This document shows, piece after piece, positions 38,348 to 49,412 of a stretch of 64,000 bases of DNA (the stretch's first letter is position 1; each line of letters begins with the position of its first letter). This DNA comes from an uncultured Eubacteriales bacterium (GTDB lineage: Bacteria > Acidobacteriota > Aminicenantia > Aminicenantales > Aminicenantaceae). The translations under genes and the position numbers were made by a program. Below the pieces are notes generated by a model, which saw only the letters and a list, made by a program, of their open reading frames with translations, ran no database searches and was not told the DNA's origin. The stretch covers positions 1,658-65,657 of the forward strand of contig CAYTTR010000009.1 in the NCBI GenBank assembly GCA_964440805.1. The letters run 5' to 3'.

Positions 38348-40513
38348 ATGGAAGATTCAAAGAGAAAAGGGCCCCGCTTAATTGGAGGAATCATTCTACT
38401 TCTAGTGCTTTTATTCATAATCATCGAAATTTTCATCCGGGAAACACAGGAATTTTCACCAACTTCTGTAACCAACATCCTGTTGACTACACTTCAGGTA
38501 ATAGTTCTTTTAATGTTTCTAATTCTCCTTTCCGTATTAGGAAGGAACTTGATCAAGCTTTATTTAGAGAGAAAGCGTAAGGTCATTGGAGCTCAATTTA
38601 AAACACGACTGCTGATCTTTTTTATCTCTCTTTCCCTTGTGCCTACCTTGCTTTTATTTCTTTTCGCCAGCGATTTAATAAGCAGGAATATTGAAAGCTG
38701 GTTTAAAACCCCAATGGACAAAGTCCTTCAGGATACTAATGATCTGGCTGATGGCTTCTATCGCGATGCAGAGGAAATAACCCTTCATTATGCTCAACAA
38801 CTCAGCAAGAGTATAAGAAAGGAAAATCTCATCAACCTGGAAAAGCAGCTACCTCTCCAGAAATTTGTCAGGGACAAACTGGTTGAATACAAGCTGGATG
38901 AAATCAGTATCTACTTAGGCGAGGAAGAGCTCTTTGCCTATCTTAATCCCAATCTTCCCTACCAATATTACAGAGATTTAAGCCTTAATATTGTTAAACG
39001 GGCTCACCTGGGAGAAATGTTTTCCAGTATACTTCCGATGGGACAGGGAGAAATGATTCGCAGAGGAGTTTCTTTTAACATCCCCGGAGCTGGAGATGCC
39101 CTGGTGGTCACGGGAAAATACCTTCCTCAGAATTATGCCCAAAAAATCAACAATATCAGCACCTTTGTCCAGAGATACCAGCAACTCAAGATCCAAAAAA
39201 CACCCTTTAAAACTTTTTACTTGATAACTCTTTTGTTCATAACGCTTCTGATCATCTTTGCAGCTACCTGGATTGCCTTCCATCTAGCCAAAGGAACCAC
39301 TGTCCCCATAGAAAAGCTTGCCCAGGCTACAAGAGAAGTTTCCCGGGGAAATCTCGATGTTCAGGTGGAAGACCCGGCCTCAGATGAACTGGGAATTCTA
39401 ATAGAATCCTTTAACCAGATGATAGCCGATCTTAAAGAAAGTCAAAAAAACATTGCCCAGAAAACTTCAGAACTGGAAAACCGTAAAAAATACATCGAAA
39501 CTGTCCTAGATAATGTTTCAACCGGAGTGATCACCCTGGATGCCAAGGGCCAAATTACTACAATAAATCCCTCAGCCAGGGAGATGCTGGGTCTTTCTTC
39601 TCAAAACTTAGTGGGAAAAACCTTTAAGGATATTCTGGATAGAAAGGAATACACTGAAATCGCAGACATCATCCAGAAAGGATTGGAAAAGCATCATAAA
39701 ATTCCCAACAAAGAAATAAGATTGAACTTAGACAGCCAGAATTTGACCTTCTCTCTTACTATTTCTCCTCTTTCCCTGTCTCAGGAAAAACCTCAAGGCC
39801 TAATTGTGGTTATTGACAATCTCACTCAACTTATCAAAGCTCAAAAGATTGCAGCCTGGAAAGAAGTTGCCCAAAGAGTCGCCCACGAAATTAAAAACCC
39901 TCTGACTCCCATTCAGCTTTCTGCAGAAAGAATCATAAAAAATCTTCGTAAAAAAGGAACAGACGGAGAAAAAATCATAATCGAAGGGGCCCAGACCATA
40001 GTTCAAGAAGCCAGTACCATCAAGTCATTAATTGACGAATTTTCCTCTTTTGCCAGAATGCCTTCAATTCAGCTTCAGTCTGTCAACATTCATGAATTGC
40101 TAACTCAGACTCTGGCCTTATTTCAGGGAATTTTTACCGAAGTTGAATTTGAGACTGAATTTTCCCGGGATGTACCTGCTTCAATAAAAATTGACCCTGA
40201 TCAGATGAAAAGAGTTTTTATTAACTTAATCGATAATGCCATTGAAGCCATGAATAAAAAAGGGAAAATTTGTATTAAAACTTTGTTTGATAAGGAAAAT
40301 AATCTAACTAAAGTCGAGGTGGCTGACTCAGGCCCGGGTATTTCAGAAACAGACAAAGAGAAACTTTTTCTGCCCCACTTCTCAACCAAAAAGAAAGGTA
40401 CCGGCCTGGGATTAGCTATTGTTAATCAGGTTATCACTGAACATAATGGAACAATAGAAGTTGTTGACAATAATCCTCAAGGGGCGAAATTTATTATTCA
40501 GGTACCTGCATGA
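38348..40513 (+). CDS. sensor histidine kinase, NtrY-like (TM sensor, HAMP, PAS, HisKA, HATPase)
   Basis: 721 aa; H-box VAHEIKNPLTPI; N, G1 and G2 boxes (LIDNAIEA, VADSGPGI, GTGLGLAIV); ATGA-overlapped with the downstream regulator. Confidence 0.7.
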   Translation: MEDSKRKGPRLIGGIILLLVLLFIIIEIFIRETQEFSPTSVTNILLTTLQVIVLLMFLILLSVLGRNLIKLYLERKRKVIGAQFKTRLLIFFISLSLVPTLLLFLFASDLISRNIESWFKTPMDKVLQDTNDLADGFYRDAEEITLHYAQQLSKSIRKENLINLEKQLPLQKFVRDKLVEYKLDEISIYLGEEELFAYLNPNLPYQYYRDLSLNIVKRAHLGEMFSSILPMGQGEMIRRGVSFNIPGAGDALVVTGKYLPQNYAQKINNISTFVQRYQQLKIQKTPFKTFYLITLLFITLLIIFAATWIAFHLAKGTTVPIEKLAQATREVSRGNLDVQVEDPASDELGILIESFNQMIADLKESQKNIAQKTSELENRKKYIETVLDNVSTGVITLDAKGQITTINPSAREMLGLSSQNLVGKTFKDILDRKEYTEIADIIQKGLEKHHKIPNKEIRLNLDSQNLTFSLTISPLSLSQEKPQGLIVVIDNLTQLIKAQKIAAWKEVAQRVAHEIKNPLTPIQLSAERIIKNLRKKGTDGEKIIIEGAQTIVQEASTIKSLIDEFSSFARMPSIQLQSVNIHELLTQTLALFQGIFTEVEFETEFSRDVPASIKIDPDQMKRVFINLIDNAIEAMNKKGKICIKTLFDKENNLTKVEVADSGPGISETDKEKLFLPHFSTKKKGTGLGLAIVNQVITEHNGTIEVVDNNPQGAKFIIQVPA

Positions 40514-41871
40514 ATAAAGAAAAAATTTTAGTTATCGACGATGAAGCGGGGATCAGGTCAACTCTGACGGGAATCCTTGAAGACGAAGGATACCCTGTCA
40601 CTTCGTTGGAAACAGGTGAACAAGGACTTGACCTTCTCCGGAAGGAAAATTTCGACTTAATCCTGCTTGACATATGGCTTCCTGGAATAAGCGGTTTGGA
40701 AACCCTGGAAAAGATCAGGGAATTTGAGGAAACCATCCAGATCATCATGATCACTGGCCATGGCTCGGTTGAATCAGCGGTCAAAGCAACCAAGTTGGGA
40801 GCTTATGACTTTCTGGAAAAACCACTTTCCCTGGAAAAAGTAGTCCTGACAATAAAAAATGCTCTCCGTCAGAAAAAGCTGGAAGAGGAAAATATTCTTC
40901 TCCGGGAGAGAATGAGAGCCAAACATCCTTTGGTTGGCAAAAGTGAGACTATCCAGGAATTAAGAAAAAAAATAGCTGCTGCTGCTCCCAATAAGGCCAG
41001 CGTCCTCATTTATGGTGAAAATGGGGCAGGCAAAGAGCTGACCGCTAGATTAATTCATAGAAACAGTACCCGGAAAAACAGGCGTTTTGTTCAAATCAAT
41101 CCAGCCGCCATTCCTGAGGAATTAATTGAAATTGAGCTATTCGGCCACACCGACGATTATATAGCCAGCACAGGAGTTAACAAGAAAGGGAAGATATATC
41201 TGGCAGACCGGGGAACTCTTTTCTTGGACGAAATAAGTGAGTTGAGTCTAAGGATGCAAGCGAAACTCATCCAAGTCCTGGAAGAAGGAAAATTGGAGTC
41301 ACCTGAAAATTCTGCACCGGATTCTATTGATATCCGGGTAATCGCCACCACTACCAGGAACCTGCGAGAAATGGTAAATCAAAAAAAGTTCCGGGAAGAC
41401 CTGTTCTTTAAACTCAATGTAATCCCTCTTGTTATCCCTCCCCTCAGAGAAAGAAAAGAAGATATCCCTTTGCTTATCAATTATTTCCTGAAATATTTCT
41501 CCATCGAGTTCGGCAAAAAAGAGAAAACAATGAGCAAGGAAGCAATGGAAGCCTTTCTCAACTACTCCTGGCCGGGAAATGTCAGTGAACTCATCAATGT
41601 TGTCGAAAGATTCGTAATCATGGTTCAGGAAGACGAAATCCAAGCTTCTCACCTTTCCCTTCTTGTGGAACCCCGAGAAATCCAATTCATAAACGGCATG
41701 GAACATGATATCCCCCTGCCAAAAGCAATCAAGGCTTTTGAGAAGTCTTTCATCCAGCGGACTCTTCTCCATAATAAATGGAAGATTTCCAGAGCTGCAG
41801 CAGCTCTCCAGGTTGAAAAAAAAGTCCTCGAAAAAAAAATTGAGGATCTTGGAATAAGAATTTCAGGATAA
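40510..41871 (+). CDS. sigma54-type AAA+ response regulator (NtrX/NtrC-like) with degenerate GAFTGA loop
   Basis: 453 aa; receiver (ILVIDDE...D54-like LDIWLPG), Walker A GENGAGKE, C-terminal Fis-type HTH; the ESELFGHxxGAFTGA position reads IELFGHTDDYIASTG. Confidence 0.75.
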   Translation: MNKEKILVIDDEAGIRSTLTGILEDEGYPVTSLETGEQGLDLLRKENFDLILLDIWLPGISGLETLEKIREFEETIQIIMITGHGSVESAVKATKLGAYDFLEKPLSLEKVVLTIKNALRQKKLEEENILLRERMRAKHPLVGKSETIQELRKKIAAAAPNKASVLIYGENGAGKELTARLIHRNSTRKNRRFVQINPAAIPEELIEIELFGHTDDYIASTGVNKKGKIYLADRGTLFLDEISELSLRMQAKLIQVLEEGKLESPENSAPDSIDIRVIATTTRNLREMVNQKKFREDLFFKLNVIPLVIPPLRERKEDIPLLINYFLKYFSIEFGKKEKTMSKEAMEAFLNYSWPGNVSELINVVERFVIMVQEDEIQASHLSLLVEPREIQFINGMEHDIPLPKAIKAFEKSFIQRTLLHNKWKISRAAAALQVEKKVLEKKIEDLGIRISG

Positions 41872-41986
41872 AATTTTCTCCCAACCTCCCCCTATTCAAC
41901 ATTTAAAAAATGCTTATCTGGTTTTTACTTTTATTTACAGTCTTTCCTTTTTTGTGCTATGGTTAAGTTTACAATAGAGGGACAAA

Positions 41987-43348
41987 ATGAAAGGCTCGGC
42001 TCTGAGAATAGTCATCAGTTCAGCCCGGAAATTCATCAATATGGGAGCTCTTTCCCGGCTTTGGAATCTGCTCAAAAAGCTTCACTCTGCTGATATCGCC
42101 ACTGTAATGGACCATTTTACTTCCAGGGAAAAACTCATCCTGTTTAATGTTCTCTTCGATAAAGATAAGAAAAAAGCGGCCGAGGTTTTGAGTGAGCTCG
42201 ACCCGGGAGATGCCGCCCAGATTCTGAATAATCTTCCTGTCCATCAAATATCCTCTATCCTGCAAATGATTGCTTCTGATGATGTGGCTTCCATCCTCCA
42301 GGAGCTGCCTCAGGAAATTCAGGAGGCTGTTCTGGAGAAAATGGAGGATAAGCCCTCTGAAGACGTTAAAGAACTTCTTTTCTATGAAGAAGAAACCGCT
42401 GGCCGGATTATGTCCCCTAATTTCTATGCCTTGAACATGAATACCAATGTTTCCGACGCAATTACTGCCGTGCAACTGGAAGGAGATGTGGAATCGGCTT
42501 TTTATCTTTATGTAGTAGATGATGAAGGCCATCTCATGGGAGTGGTCTCTTTAAGACAGCTTCTTTTTGCCCGGCCCAACACCAAACTCAAGGACATCAT
42601 GACCAGCGAGGTTATTTCGGTCACAACTGAAACCGACCAGGAAGATGTGGCCCGGGCAGTGGCAGACTACAACCTGGTAGCCATCCCGGTTGTAGACAAG
42701 GAAAACAAGCTGGTCGGAGTGGTCACTGTGGACGATGTCATTGATGTCATCGATCAGGAGGCCACCGAGGATATTTACAAGATGGTTTCACTGGATACTA
42801 CAGACAGAATTCAAGATAGCCCCTTTTCATCAATCAAAAAGCGTCTTCCCTTTCTTATAATCAGCCTTCTCACCGCTTCACTGGCTCCTTTTGTGGCCAA
42901 CTATTTCAAAGGCACTCTTGAACAATATGTAACTCTTGCTGTGTTGATGCCTCTGGTTATGGCCCTCGGAGGTATAGCAGGCAATCAAACTATAGCCCTT
43001 ACAGTGAGAGAAATTGCTATTGGCCAGGTAGAATGGATATCAGCCAGAAAAGCTTTGTTCAAAGAAATTCTGGTTGGTCTGGGAAATGGGATTATCCTGG
43101 GAACCATGCTTGGTCTGTCAACCTGGGTCCTGATGAATAATCCCTACCTTGGCTTGATAATAGGGCTGGCCCTCATCATCAACTTGTTCGTTGCCGCCTT
43201 TCTGGGAACCCTTATTCCACTTTTTCTAAAACTTATTCACCTCGATCCAGCTTTGGGTTCAGTCAACTTTCTGACCATGTGCACTGATTCCATCGGACTT
43301 ATTTCATTTCTGGGGTTGGGAACTCTTTTTTTAAAATATTTAAACTAA
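41987..43348 (+). CDS. mgtE: magnesium transporter MgtE
   Basis: 453 aa; MgtE N-domain, tandem CBS domains, five C-terminal TM helices. Confidence 0.85.
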   Translation: MKGSALRIVISSARKFINMGALSRLWNLLKKLHSADIATVMDHFTSREKLILFNVLFDKDKKKAAEVLSELDPGDAAQILNNLPVHQISSILQMIASDDVASILQELPQEIQEAVLEKMEDKPSEDVKELLFYEEETAGRIMSPNFYALNMNTNVSDAITAVQLEGDVESAFYLYVVDDEGHLMGVVSLRQLLFARPNTKLKDIMTSEVISVTTETDQEDVARAVADYNLVAIPVVDKENKLVGVVTVDDVIDVIDQEATEDIYKMVSLDTTDRIQDSPFSSIKKRLPFLIISLLTASLAPFVANYFKGTLEQYVTLAVLMPLVMALGGIAGNQTIALTVREIAIGQVEWISARKALFKEILVGLGNGIILGTMLGLSTWVLMNNPYLGLIIGLALIINLFVAAFLGTLIPLFLKLIHLDPALGSVNFLTMCTDSIGLISFLGLGTLFLKYLN

Positions 43349-43352
43349 ACCT

Positions 43353-44120
43353 ATGCCTCTGGAGCAATCCGAAGCTCTTATCCTCCGCTCCTTTGATACT
43401 GGAGAACAGGATAAAATCGTTATTTTCTTCACCTGTGAACTTGGTTTTCTTCACGGCATTGCCAAAGGAGCTCGAAAATTCAATAACCGCTTTGGCAGCA
43501 CTCTTGAACCATTTTCTCATGTTCAAATTTTTTATTATGAAAAAGAACACAAGGACCTGGTTACCCTCAATAATGCTGACCTCAAGGAATCTTTTTTCGA
43601 ACTTCTATCCGATTATCAAACTGCTTGCAATCTCTCTTACCTTGGGGAAATAACAGAAGAATTTTTTCCCCAAAGGCACAAAGAAGAAGTTCTCTTCCGC
43701 CTCCTTCTGGCAACGCTTAAAGCCTTGAAAAAAGGAAGTGATCTCAATTTTACTACAGCTTATTTTGAAGCCTGGTTAATGAAAATAACCGGCTTTTGTC
43801 CGGATTTTTCTCTTTGCCTTAAGTGCCGGAAAAGAATAAATGGATATTCCTGGCTGGCCAGGAAAAAAGAAGGAGTCTATTGTGCCTTATGTGCTCCGGA
43901 TAAAAAGACTACGGTCCCTTCTGAAATACTAGAATTCATGAGCTGGATTAAAAAAAATCCGCCTTTTTCTCCAACACTACCGCCTGTAACTTCAGAACAA
44001 CTGACTCTGATTCGCAAAATTTTTCAAGATATTATTGTTTTCCACCTCGAGAAAACACCCAAAACACTTCATCTTATTCAACTCCCAGAAAATCAATCCT
44101 CATTTGGCAAAAAAGATTAA
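43353..44120 (+). CDS. recO: DNA repair protein RecO
   Basis: 255 aa; N-terminal OB fold (EALILRSFDTGEQDKIVIFFT) and C-terminal Cys4 zinc motif (CLKC...CALC). Confidence 0.8.
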   Translation: MPLEQSEALILRSFDTGEQDKIVIFFTCELGFLHGIAKGARKFNNRFGSTLEPFSHVQIFYYEKEHKDLVTLNNADLKESFFELLSDYQTACNLSYLGEITEEFFPQRHKEEVLFRLLLATLKALKKGSDLNFTTAYFEAWLMKITGFCPDFSLCLKCRKRINGYSWLARKKEGVYCALCAPDKKTTVPSEILEFMSWIKKNPPFSPTLPPVTSEQLTLIRKIFQDIIVFHLEKTPKTLHLIQLPENQSSFGKKD

Positions 44121-44144
44121 TCACACTAAAGATATTCTTTACAT

Positions 44145-44717
44145 CTACTTGCCTTTTCTCTGAAGAAGATTTGTCCGGACTATTCTCTTAAAAGAAGAAG
44201 TCCTAGAAGGAAAAATTCCTTCACTAACCCGGCTTACTTCTTCCACAGTAAAAAATGCTTTGGGATTGTACTTTTGAATAATTTTTACCACATCTTGAAC
44301 ATCAGCTCTTCGAAGCACAATATAAACCACATTCACCGGACCGGAGACACCTTCGGCATCAATGCTGGTCACTCCGTAATTCATGTTTCTTAAGACTTCT
44401 ACCAGTTGACTGGCATCTTTGTTGGTGATTAATCTAATAACTGACATTCCTAAAGCCAGTTTTCTCTCGATCTCCATACCCAGATAACTTCCTAAGGCAA
44501 ACCCTCCTGCATAAGCCACAAAATACAACATATTATCCATATTCTTCATGATTTGCTGAATAGCCACAATCCAGATAAGAACCTCAAAAAACCCAACCAG
44601 CGGGGCCAGCTTCCTGAGTCCCCTGGAAACAAAAACAATGCGGAGGGTTTGAAGGGATACATCCAATATCCGGGCAATAACTATCAGCAAAGGCAATATC
44701 ACCCATTTAAACATCAA
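44145..44717 (-). CDS. DUF2179-domain membrane protein (UPF0316/YitT-like)
   Basis: 190 aa; three N-terminal TM helices plus a C-terminal ~80-aa DUF2179-like domain. Confidence 0.5.
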   Translation of the reverse strand: MMFKWVILPLLIVIARILDVSLQTLRIVFVSRGLRKLAPLVGFFEVLIWIVAIQQIMKNMDNMLYFVAYAGGFALGSYLGMEIERKLALGMSVIRLITNKDASQLVEVLRNMNYGVTSIDAEGVSGPVNVVYIVLRRADVQDVVKIIQKYNPKAFFTVEEVSRVSEGIFPSRTSSFKRIVRTNLLQRKGK

Positions 44718-44859
44718 TCTTCTCTCGGATTAAATTCAGATTATTAGGTTAATTGAAACCAGTCCAGGAATTCAAGCTTTTTTCAAGAGTCCCCTCTTTT
44801 GGAGCCGATTTAGCATATAAAGGAATGGGATGAAGACAAAGCAGTGATATTTTCAAAGC

Positions 44860-44935
44860 TGGTGGAGCTGAGGGGATTTGAACCCCCGACCTCTTGACTG
44901 CCAGTCAAGCACTCTCCCAACTGAGCTACAGCCCC
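44860..44935 (-). tRNA. tRNA-Ala (anticodon GGC), CCA encoded
   Basis: Reverse complement is GGGGCTGTAGCTCAGTTGGGAGAGTGCTTGACTGGCAGTCAAGAGGTCGGGGGTTCAAATCCCCTCAGCTCCACCA; cloverleaf folds with a G3:U70 alanine identity pair; anticodon loop CTGGCAG. Confidence 0.85.
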
Positions 44936-45005
44936 ACAGGGAAAAACATATTACCTGACAATCCTTTTTCAGTCAAGAAAAATAAGAAGTTTCAGTGACA
45001 TAGAG

Positions 45006-45034
45006 TTAACAATTTATTAAAAAAATGTTAGAAT
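45006..45034 (+). promoter_or_regulatory. candidate sigma70 promoter for ftsH (TTAACA-17 bp-TGtTAGAAT)
   Basis: -35 TTAACA at 45006-45011 and extended -10 TGTTAGAAT at 45026-45034, ~20 nt upstream of ATG 45056; same TAGAAT -10 as at 8455. Confidence 0.35.
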
Positions 45035-45055
45035 TTGTTTTTGGAAGATAATAAA

Positions 45056-46966
45056 ATGCCTACACCGAAAAAACAACCTCAATCATATAAAAACATTCTA
45101 TTCTGGATTGCTGCTGGAATAGTCATTATTATACTCTGGAGCCTGCTCCAATCCTCGGGAAGAGCAAAAACAGAAATTAACTTCAGTGTGTTCCTTGATG
45201 AAGTTGAGAATAATAAAATATCGGAAGTTACCATAGAGGGAGCTCAAATAACAGGAAAATATACTGACGGAACTTCTTTCAAGAGCACGGCTCCTCCTCA
45301 GTATGATGATCTGGTAAAAATTCTCCGTGAGCACAAGGTGGTTATTCAAGTAAAAGATACCTCGCGAAGCCCTTGGTTCTCTTATCTTTTTACCTGGTTT
45401 CCCATCATTCTTCTCATCCTTTTCTGGATTTTCTTCATGCGACAAATGCAAGCCGGTGGAAACAAAGCCCTTTCTTTCGGGAAAAGCCGGGCCAAGCTTT
45501 TTTCCGGAATACAAAAAAAAGTGACCTTTAAAGATGTGGCTGGAGTTCAAGAAGCAAAAGAAGAGCTCCATGAAATCATTGAATTTTTAAAGAATCCTAA
45601 GAAGTTTCAAAAATTAGGCGGCCGCATTCCTAAAGGAGTTATTCTGGTGGGAGCTCCAGGAACAGGAAAAACTCTTTTGGCCAGAGCTGTAGCTGGAGAA
45701 GCCAATGTTCCTTTTTTCTCCATTAGTGGTTCTGATTTTGTGGAGATGTTTGTGGGAGTTGGAGCTTCCCGAGTAAGAGACCTCTTTGAGCAAGGCACAA
45801 AACAGGCTCCTTGCCTGATCTTCATCGATGAAATCGACGCTGTTGGCAGACAAAGAGGAGCAGGATTAGGTGGTGGCCACGATGAAAGAGAACAAACACT
45901 CAACCAGCTTCTGGTGGAAATGGACGGTTTTGATTCAAACGAAGGAATAATTCTTATTGCAGCCACCAACCGGCCGGATATTCTGGACAGCGCTTTATTA
46001 AGGCCAGGACGGTTCGACCGTCACATTGTGGTCAACATGCCCGATGTTAAAGGCCGCGAAGAGATACTCCGGGTTCATGCAAGGAAAATTCCCCTTGACA
46101 GTGATGTCAATCTTCAGGTTTTAGCCCGCTCTACACCAGGTTTTTCCGGGGCTGACCTGGCTAATCTGGTCAACGAAGCTGCCCTCCTGGCCGCCCGTTT
46201 TGGCCAGGAAAACGTCATGATGAAGGATTTCGAAAGCTCCAAAGACAAGGTCCTTATGGGAGTAGAAAGAAAAAGCATGATCATCAGCGAAGAAGAGAAA
46301 CGCTTCACTGCTTATCATGAAGCCGGACATGCCTTGATAGCAGCCATGATTCCAGAAGCTGATCCTATTCACAAAGTTACCATTATTCCCAGGGGATTAG
46401 CACTCGGAGTTACCCAGCAACTTCCCCTTGATGACCGTTATACATATTCCAAGGATTATCTCGAAGCCCAGTTGTCTGTATTGTTAGCCGGCCGGGCGGC
46501 TGAAAATTTCTTTCTTAATAAGACAACCACCGGCGCTGCCAATGATTTTGAAAAAGCAACAGAAATCGCCCGAAAAATGGTTTGCCAGTATGGAATGTCA
46601 GACCTTGGACCGCTAACCTATGGAGAAAGGGACGACTTGGTCTTCCTGGGCAAAGATTTAGCCATGCATAAAAACTTCAGTGAAAAAACAGCTGAGCTGA
46701 TTGATGAGGAAGTAAAGAAAATTGTCATGCAAAACTACAATCGCGCCCTGGAGATATTGCAAAACAACAAAAAGAAGCTGGAGGCTGTCGCTTTAAGCTT
46801 ATTGGATAAAGAAGTCCTTTCTTCCGATGAAATTGAAAAAATTCTGAAAGAAAAACCTGTTAGACGTGCCAGGAAAGCTGCTCCGCGGGACTCAAAAACA
46901 AAATCCAGCAAAGCTAAAAAAAATAAAAAAGAAAAGCCTTCTTCCAGAAAAGGGATAATTGCCTGA
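45056..46966 (+). CDS. ftsH: ATP-dependent zinc metalloprotease FtsH
   Basis: Two TM helices, AAA+ Walker [17 protein letters not shown] zinc site. ATG at 45056 (GGAAGA SD) preferred over the TTG at 45035, which sits at the predicted transcription start. Confidence 0.9.
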   Translation: MPTPKKQPQSYKNILFWIAAGIVIIILWSLLQSSGRAKTEINFSVFLDEVENNKISEVTIEGAQITGKYTDGTSFKSTAPPQYDDLVKILREHKVVIQVKDTSRSPWFSYLFTWFPIILLILFWIFFMRQMQAGGNKALSFGKSRAKLFSGIQKKVTFKDVAGVQEAKEELHEIIEFLKNPKKFQKLGGRIPKGVILVGAPGTGKTLLARAVAGEANVPFFSISGSDFVEMFVGVGASRVRDLFEQGTKQAPCLIFIDEIDAVGRQRGAGLGGGHDEREQTLNQLLVEMDGFDSNEGIILIAATNRPDILDSALLRPGRFDRHIVVNMPDVKGREEILRVHARKIPLDSDVNLQVLARSTPGFSGADLANLVNEAALLAARFGQENVMMKDFESSKDKVLMGVERKSMIISEEEKRFTAYHEAGHALIAAMIPEADPIHKVTIIPRGLALGVTQQLPLDDRYTYSKDYLEAQLSVLLAGRAAENFFLNKTTTGAANDFEKATEIARKMVCQYGMSDLGPLTYGERDDLVFLGKDLAMHKNFSEKTAELIDEEVKKIVMQNYNRALEILQNNKKKLEAVALSLLDKEVLSSDEIEKILKEKPVRRARKAAPRDSKTKSSKAKKNKKEKPSSRKGIIA

Positions 46967-47876
46967 AATCATGACAAGACCAGGTGCCAAGCTCGAGATT
47001 AAAGAAAAAACTTTTATCCTGGGGCAAAAAACCTGGTTGATGGGTGTCCTCAATGTAACTCCGGATTCTTTTTCTGATGGAGGATTTTTCCTGGATAAGG
47101 AAAAAGCAGTAAAAAAAGGCCTTGAAATGGAGGCCGAAGGAGCCCAAATTATCGATGTGGGGGGAGAAAGCAGCCGACCTGGCTCAGATCCGGTCTCCCT
47201 GGAAGAAGAGTTCCTCAGGGTAATTCCGGTAATTACTGGCCTTAGAGAAAAATCCCAAATTTTTATATCTATAGATACAACCAAAGCTGCTGTGGCTGAA
47301 CAGGCTCTTGCTGCAGGGGCAGATATAATAAATGATATTAGTGCTGGCCGGTTTGATGAAAATATGTTTTCTTTGGCCGCAGAAAAAAAAGTTCCCATAA
47401 TACTCATGCACATGCAAGGAAAACCCAAAACCATGCAAAAAAATCCTTCCTATTCCAACTTGACTGCCGAGATAAAAGATTTTTTGGAAGAAAGGATATC
47501 CGCTGCTCTTGAGAGCGGCATAGAAAGTGAGCAGATCATCCTAGATCCAGGAATAGGTTTTGGGAAAAATTTATTTCATAATCTTGAAATACTCCGGAAG
47601 CTGGAGTTTTTAAATGAGTTCCGCCGCCCTCTCCTGCTGGGAGTTTCCAGAAAATCTTTTATCGGTGAAATCCTTAGCCTTCCCCCGGATAAAAGACTGG
47701 AAGGGACTCTCGCCGCCTGTATCATAGGAATCTCCAAGGGAGCCCATATACTTCGAGTCCACGATCTCAAGGAGGTAAAAAAAGCAGTCGAAGTAGCAGA
47801 GGCAATCTTATCGTATCCAGAAAAAGATAACCGTTCTCTGGACCCAGAAGAAAAAAAGAGGCTCCATGCTAACTGA
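46959..47876 (+). CDS. folP: dihydropteroate synthase FolP
   Basis: 305 aa; pterin-binding TIM barrel motifs ([32 protein letters not shown]); start may be the ATG at 46971. Confidence 0.85.
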   Translation: MPEIMTRPGAKLEIKEKTFILGQKTWLMGVLNVTPDSFSDGGFFLDKEKAVKKGLEMEAEGAQIIDVGGESSRPGSDPVSLEEEFLRVIPVITGLREKSQIFISIDTTKAAVAEQALAAGADIINDISAGRFDENMFSLAAEKKVPIILMHMQGKPKTMQKNPSYSNLTAEIKDFLEERISAALESGIESEQIILDPGIGFGKNLFHNLEILRKLEFLNEFRRPLLLGVSRKSFIGEILSLPPDKRLEGTLAACIIGISKGAHILRVHDLKEVKKAVEVAEAILSYPEKDNRSLDPEEKKRLHAN

Positions 47877-48633
47877 AATTATTCACTCCCTAAGAGCCTT
47901 TACCCTGGGAGATTTTATCGATATTCTTCTGGTAACCATCATCATCTATTCATTTTTCAGATTAATCAAGGACACCAAAGCTTATCAAATGGCTATTGGC
48001 CTGGCTATTGTTGGCCTCTTTTTTATAATCACCCAATGGGGAAAATTATATATTTCCCACTGGCTGATCGAAAACTTCATTACTTATCTAATCATTGCCA
48101 TTATCGTTCTTTTTCAGGGGGAAATAAGGAGTTTTCTGACGACCATCGGCTCAAGATCTCTGAGAAGACCATATGCCCTCAAAACTTTCAAAGAAAAGCT
48201 GGAAGACCTCTACTTAGCTGTAGACTTTCTGTGTTCCAAACAAATCGGCGCTCTTATTGCTATAGAAAAGGATGTCTCCTTGAAAAGCTACATTGACCGG
48301 GGAACAAAGGTCGACGGAGCCCTGTCCAAGGATCTTCTGGTTAGCATTTTTTATCCTCATGCACCTCTTCATGACGGGGCTGTAATCATTCAAGGTAATA
48401 AAATAGCTGCCGCCGGATGCCTTCTGCCTTTACCCCAAACCCACAAGCTGGGAGAAAATTTCTTGACCCGGACCAGGCATTTAGCAGCCATCGGACTTTC
48501 CCAGGAAACGGATGCAGCTGTTATTGTGGTTTCAGAAGAAACCGGCGATATTTCCCTGGCTATTGGCGGAGAACTCAATCAACAGCTTGACAAAGAAGAA
48601 CTTAAAAACAAATTAACTCAACACTTAAAATAG
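47866..48633 (+). CDS. cdaA: diadenylate cyclase CdaA (membrane-anchored DAC domain)
   Basis: 255 aa; three N-terminal TM helices; DAC motifs DGA (PLHDGAVII) and RHRAA-like (TRHLAAIGLS); ftsH-folP-cdaA-cdaR-glmM synteny. Confidence 0.85.
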   Translation: MLTEIIHSLRAFTLGDFIDILLVTIIIYSFFRLIKDTKAYQMAIGLAIVGLFFIITQWGKLYISHWLIENFITYLIIAIIVLFQGEIRSFLTTIGSRSLRRPYALKTFKEKLEDLYLAVDFLCSKQIGALIAIEKDVSLKSYIDRGTKVDGALSKDLLVSIFYPHAPLHDGAVIIQGNKIAAAGCLLPLPQTHKLGENFLTRTRHLAAIGLSQETDAAVIVVSEETGDISLAIGGELNQQLDKEELKNKLTQHLK

Positions 48634-48637
48634 AACC

Positions 48638-49357
48638 ATGATAAATTTCATAAAAAACCTTTTCTTAAGAAACTGGGGATTGAAACTTTTTTCTTTTCTT
48701 CTGGCTTTCATTCTCTGGTTAACTCTGATTCCCGAAGAAAAAACATTCCTGGAAAAAACCATCAGCATACCATTGGAACTCCATAATATTCCACCAAACA
48801 TCGAACTGGTAGAAAAACCTCCTTCCTCAGTAGATGTCAGAATTAGAGCCCCTCAAAGTATCATTGGACAAATCAGTCCGGCTAATGTCCACCTTGTTCT
48901 TGATTTAAGACAGGCTGATGTCCAGCAGAGCGAGTACCCTCTGACAAAGAATATGGTCAGCCTTCCGCCCGGGGTTGAACTCAAGGACATTCATCCCAGT
49001 CAAATTTCACTTAAACTGGAACAATCCAAGGAAGTCATGCTGGAAGTCAAACCTAATCTTATAGGAAACCCACCAGAAGGATTTATTCTGGAAAAAGTGG
49101 AAGTCATTCCTCCAAAAATTCCCATCAGGGGACCGGAAAGCCGTTTCCAAAAAAATTACAAGGTCAGTACTACTCCTGTTGTTCTCTCTAATATTACCGA
49201 GTCCATAGAAAGAGAAGTCACTCCTATTCCTCCCAATCCTGACCTAAGAATAGCTTCGACGAAAACAACGGTTTTAGTCCGGCTTCTCATCAAAAAGGAA
49301 GAGAACAACTCTCAACCTTCCTCCAAAATAAGAAAAAAGGGGTCTCTTCCATCTTGA
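48638..49357 (+). CDS. cdaR: CdaA regulatory protein CdaR (YbbR-domain protein)
   Basis: 239 aa; N-terminal TM plus YbbR-like repeats; position between cdaA and glmM. Confidence 0.7.
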   Translation: MINFIKNLFLRNWGLKLFSFLLAFILWLTLIPEEKTFLEKTISIPLELHNIPPNIELVEKPPSSVDVRIRAPQSIIGQISPANVHLVLDLRQADVQQSEYPLTKNMVSLPPGVELKDIHPSQISLKLEQSKEVMLEVKPNLIGNPPEGFILEKVEVIPPKIPIRGPESRFQKNYKVSTTPVVLSNITESIEREVTPIPPNPDLRIASTKTTVLVRLLIKKEENNSQPSSKIRKKGSLPS

Positions 49358-49412
49358 ATCCTGCTGCTATTTCAATATAATGAATTCTAAGTAAGAAGAT
49401 TCAGGTAACATA

